From: Podarcis liolepis
Taxonomy: Eukaryota
Assembly: GCA_965112155.1 (NCBI GenBank)
Contig: OZ218101.1
Direction: 5' to 3' (one strand)
Length of the DNA: 64,000 nt
In this document: in pieces, positions 62,094 through 64,000 of the stretch
Layout of the letters: the number at the start of each line of letters is the position of its first letter
How positions within the stretch are numbered: position 1 is the first letter of the stretch
Position numbers and translations under genes: made by a program
Notes under the pieces: model-generated
Told to the model about the DNA's origin: nothing
Seen by the model: the letters and a program-made list of their open reading frames with translations, nothing else
Databases searched by the model: none

Positions 62094-64000
62094 TTATATA
62101 CCGCCCTATACCCGGAGTCTTAGTGGAGATCACAGAAAAGCTCACAATATATAAAATCAAAATAAGAACAATAACCCAATAACACCCCCTAAAAAACGGG
62201 TATAGGATTATTAGTCTACTAATAATTATTCTTATACTTTGGACATTGGGATGGAAAATGGCTAAATATTTGAGATCTAGAATGCATTATTCAGGAAGAG
62301 ATGGCACATAGTAGATGAGATCCAATATAATGTTGGCACAATAAGTGGGTAATTTGCAATTGTGGCACAAAATGTTTTCATTTCACAAGTGGTAGTGCAA
62401 GGAGTAGTAGTATAACAATACAAAACATTGCAGAAACAGCATATAATAGGTTAATGCCATGCAACACTTCCACTGGCCCAAGCTTCCCATTGGATTTGGA
62501 TGTTATGCTGTATAAGAATGGGGCTTCCATTAGCTGAATGGCTGTTGTGCTATTGGGCTGCAACAATTGGATCTCACCGAGTGTTTTTGCTTCTTCCTTT
62601 TTCCCTTTCTAAGATCTTCTGCAGCTTGCTGCTTTGGACTGAAGATAGAACAATAAAGCATCCTTTTGTGTTGCCTTTTTAGCCTCTTTTGTCTCACTTG
62701 AAGACAGCCTCATCACACAATAATACCAGGGTTATGTAAGAGGTCAGCTTATTCACCTTTGTCAGATAGGAAGTATGGGTAATCAATTTACTGTTAAGAA
62801 AGATAATTACTAGATTGGATATCTGGCTGAAACAAGTGTTTGAATTATCCACAGACAATTCTTTTCTACAGCTCATTCATCACCTGTCCAAGTGTACATA
62901 TAATTTCTGTGATAAATTACAAAAGTGTGGTCTGTGACCTTGTTGTATATCCAGACAATACTAGTTACACTGAAACAGCAACACTGGAAGGGACTGGGTT
63001 ACACTCATGTTTTAAATTTGAAAAGCACAGTTGAAAGAGGAATTATTAGGGAAGAGAATAATAATAATAGTGAGGGGGGGTGAAGTCTAAAATCTGACAT
63101 TCACATTATATTTTATCTTAAAATTCCAAATCAAATACATTGAATAGTATTTGTTATATTTATTTATTCAGGCCTCTCAGCCCCTCATGAATATCAACCT
63201 AAGCACTTGCATTGCCATGAAGTTGTAAAAACAAAGTGGCATCCAAGTGACTTTCCTGCCTGAACAGATCTGCCATATTTGGGCACTTTTTAATTTCATA
63301 TGCACCACAGAGATGTTTAAAGCCGAATGTGAAAGATGTCATATTAAAAATAACTCATGTCTTAGATGCTTCTTTAAAAACATGCTGTGTGCTCCCTGCC
63401 TGCTCACAGTATAATTCATGTACTACCTGAGTCCCATGTACTTAACATTTAGCTAAAAAGAAAAGAAAAAAAAATCCAGTGGAAGATATCTAAATATAGA
63501 TTGCTTCATTACCACTAAATCAGTCTCAAAAGGAGGCAACACTGGAAGCATTAAAATGAACCAAGTTGCTAAGTGCAACACGGTTTGCAATTAGAAGGAA
63601 TTACAATTATGGAACCAGCTACTACTACACACACACACCCTCCAACCTGTCCCTCAAAACCGCAGGCAACATTTTAGTATATAACACAGAATAATAATTA
63701 TTAGAAGTGAAAATATTATGCAAAAATTTAAACTTCGCATTAGCGGAATTATTATTCTTGGCAAGGATGCAGAATGTACTCAATGACTTAAACGTTCAAA
63801 TAGAAATAAATGGGAAAATCTATTTAGTCTGACCTGATCCCTGCAATCATGATCTCAGGCTCTTCTTTGTCTGCCCCCACCACGAGAGGGTTGGAGGGTG
63901 GCAACATGAGAATGGGCCTTTTCTGCAGTGGCTACCTCATGAAATTTCATCAGCATTTTAGTGCAAATTTGGAACTTCTCCATCTCTACTCAGGACTGGT

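Overview
This 64-kb window is AT-rich, non-coding vertebrate DNA. The repeat content (Sauria SINE, MIR/Ther1-derived Squam3-like SINE with CTT tails, Bov-B/RTE, L2 and CR1 LINE remnants, Tc1/mariner-pogo and hAT MITEs) points to a squamate, most likely a lacertid lizard. I find no recognisable host protein-coding exon, rRNA, true tRNA gene or CRISPR array. The ORFs with recognisable protein similarity are all decayed LINE ORF2 fragments. There are two assembly gaps. The most unusual object is a CpG-rich, non-coding element of about 800 bp (13576-14409). It has imperfect terminal inverted repeats, no target-site duplication (TSD), a polyA signal, extensive internal base-pairing and a compact ENE-like three-way RNA motif. 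I infer it is the terminal repeat or a non-autonomous derivative of a DIRS/Ngaro-type or LTR retroelement. Other points of interest are a triple nested insertion (hAT MITE > Squam3-like SINE > Sauria SINE), a Bov-B fragment inside a hAT element, a pre-miRNA-like hairpin, and several repeat-free blocks that look like candidate conserved non-coding elements. All family names come from recognising the sequence by eye, not from a database search.
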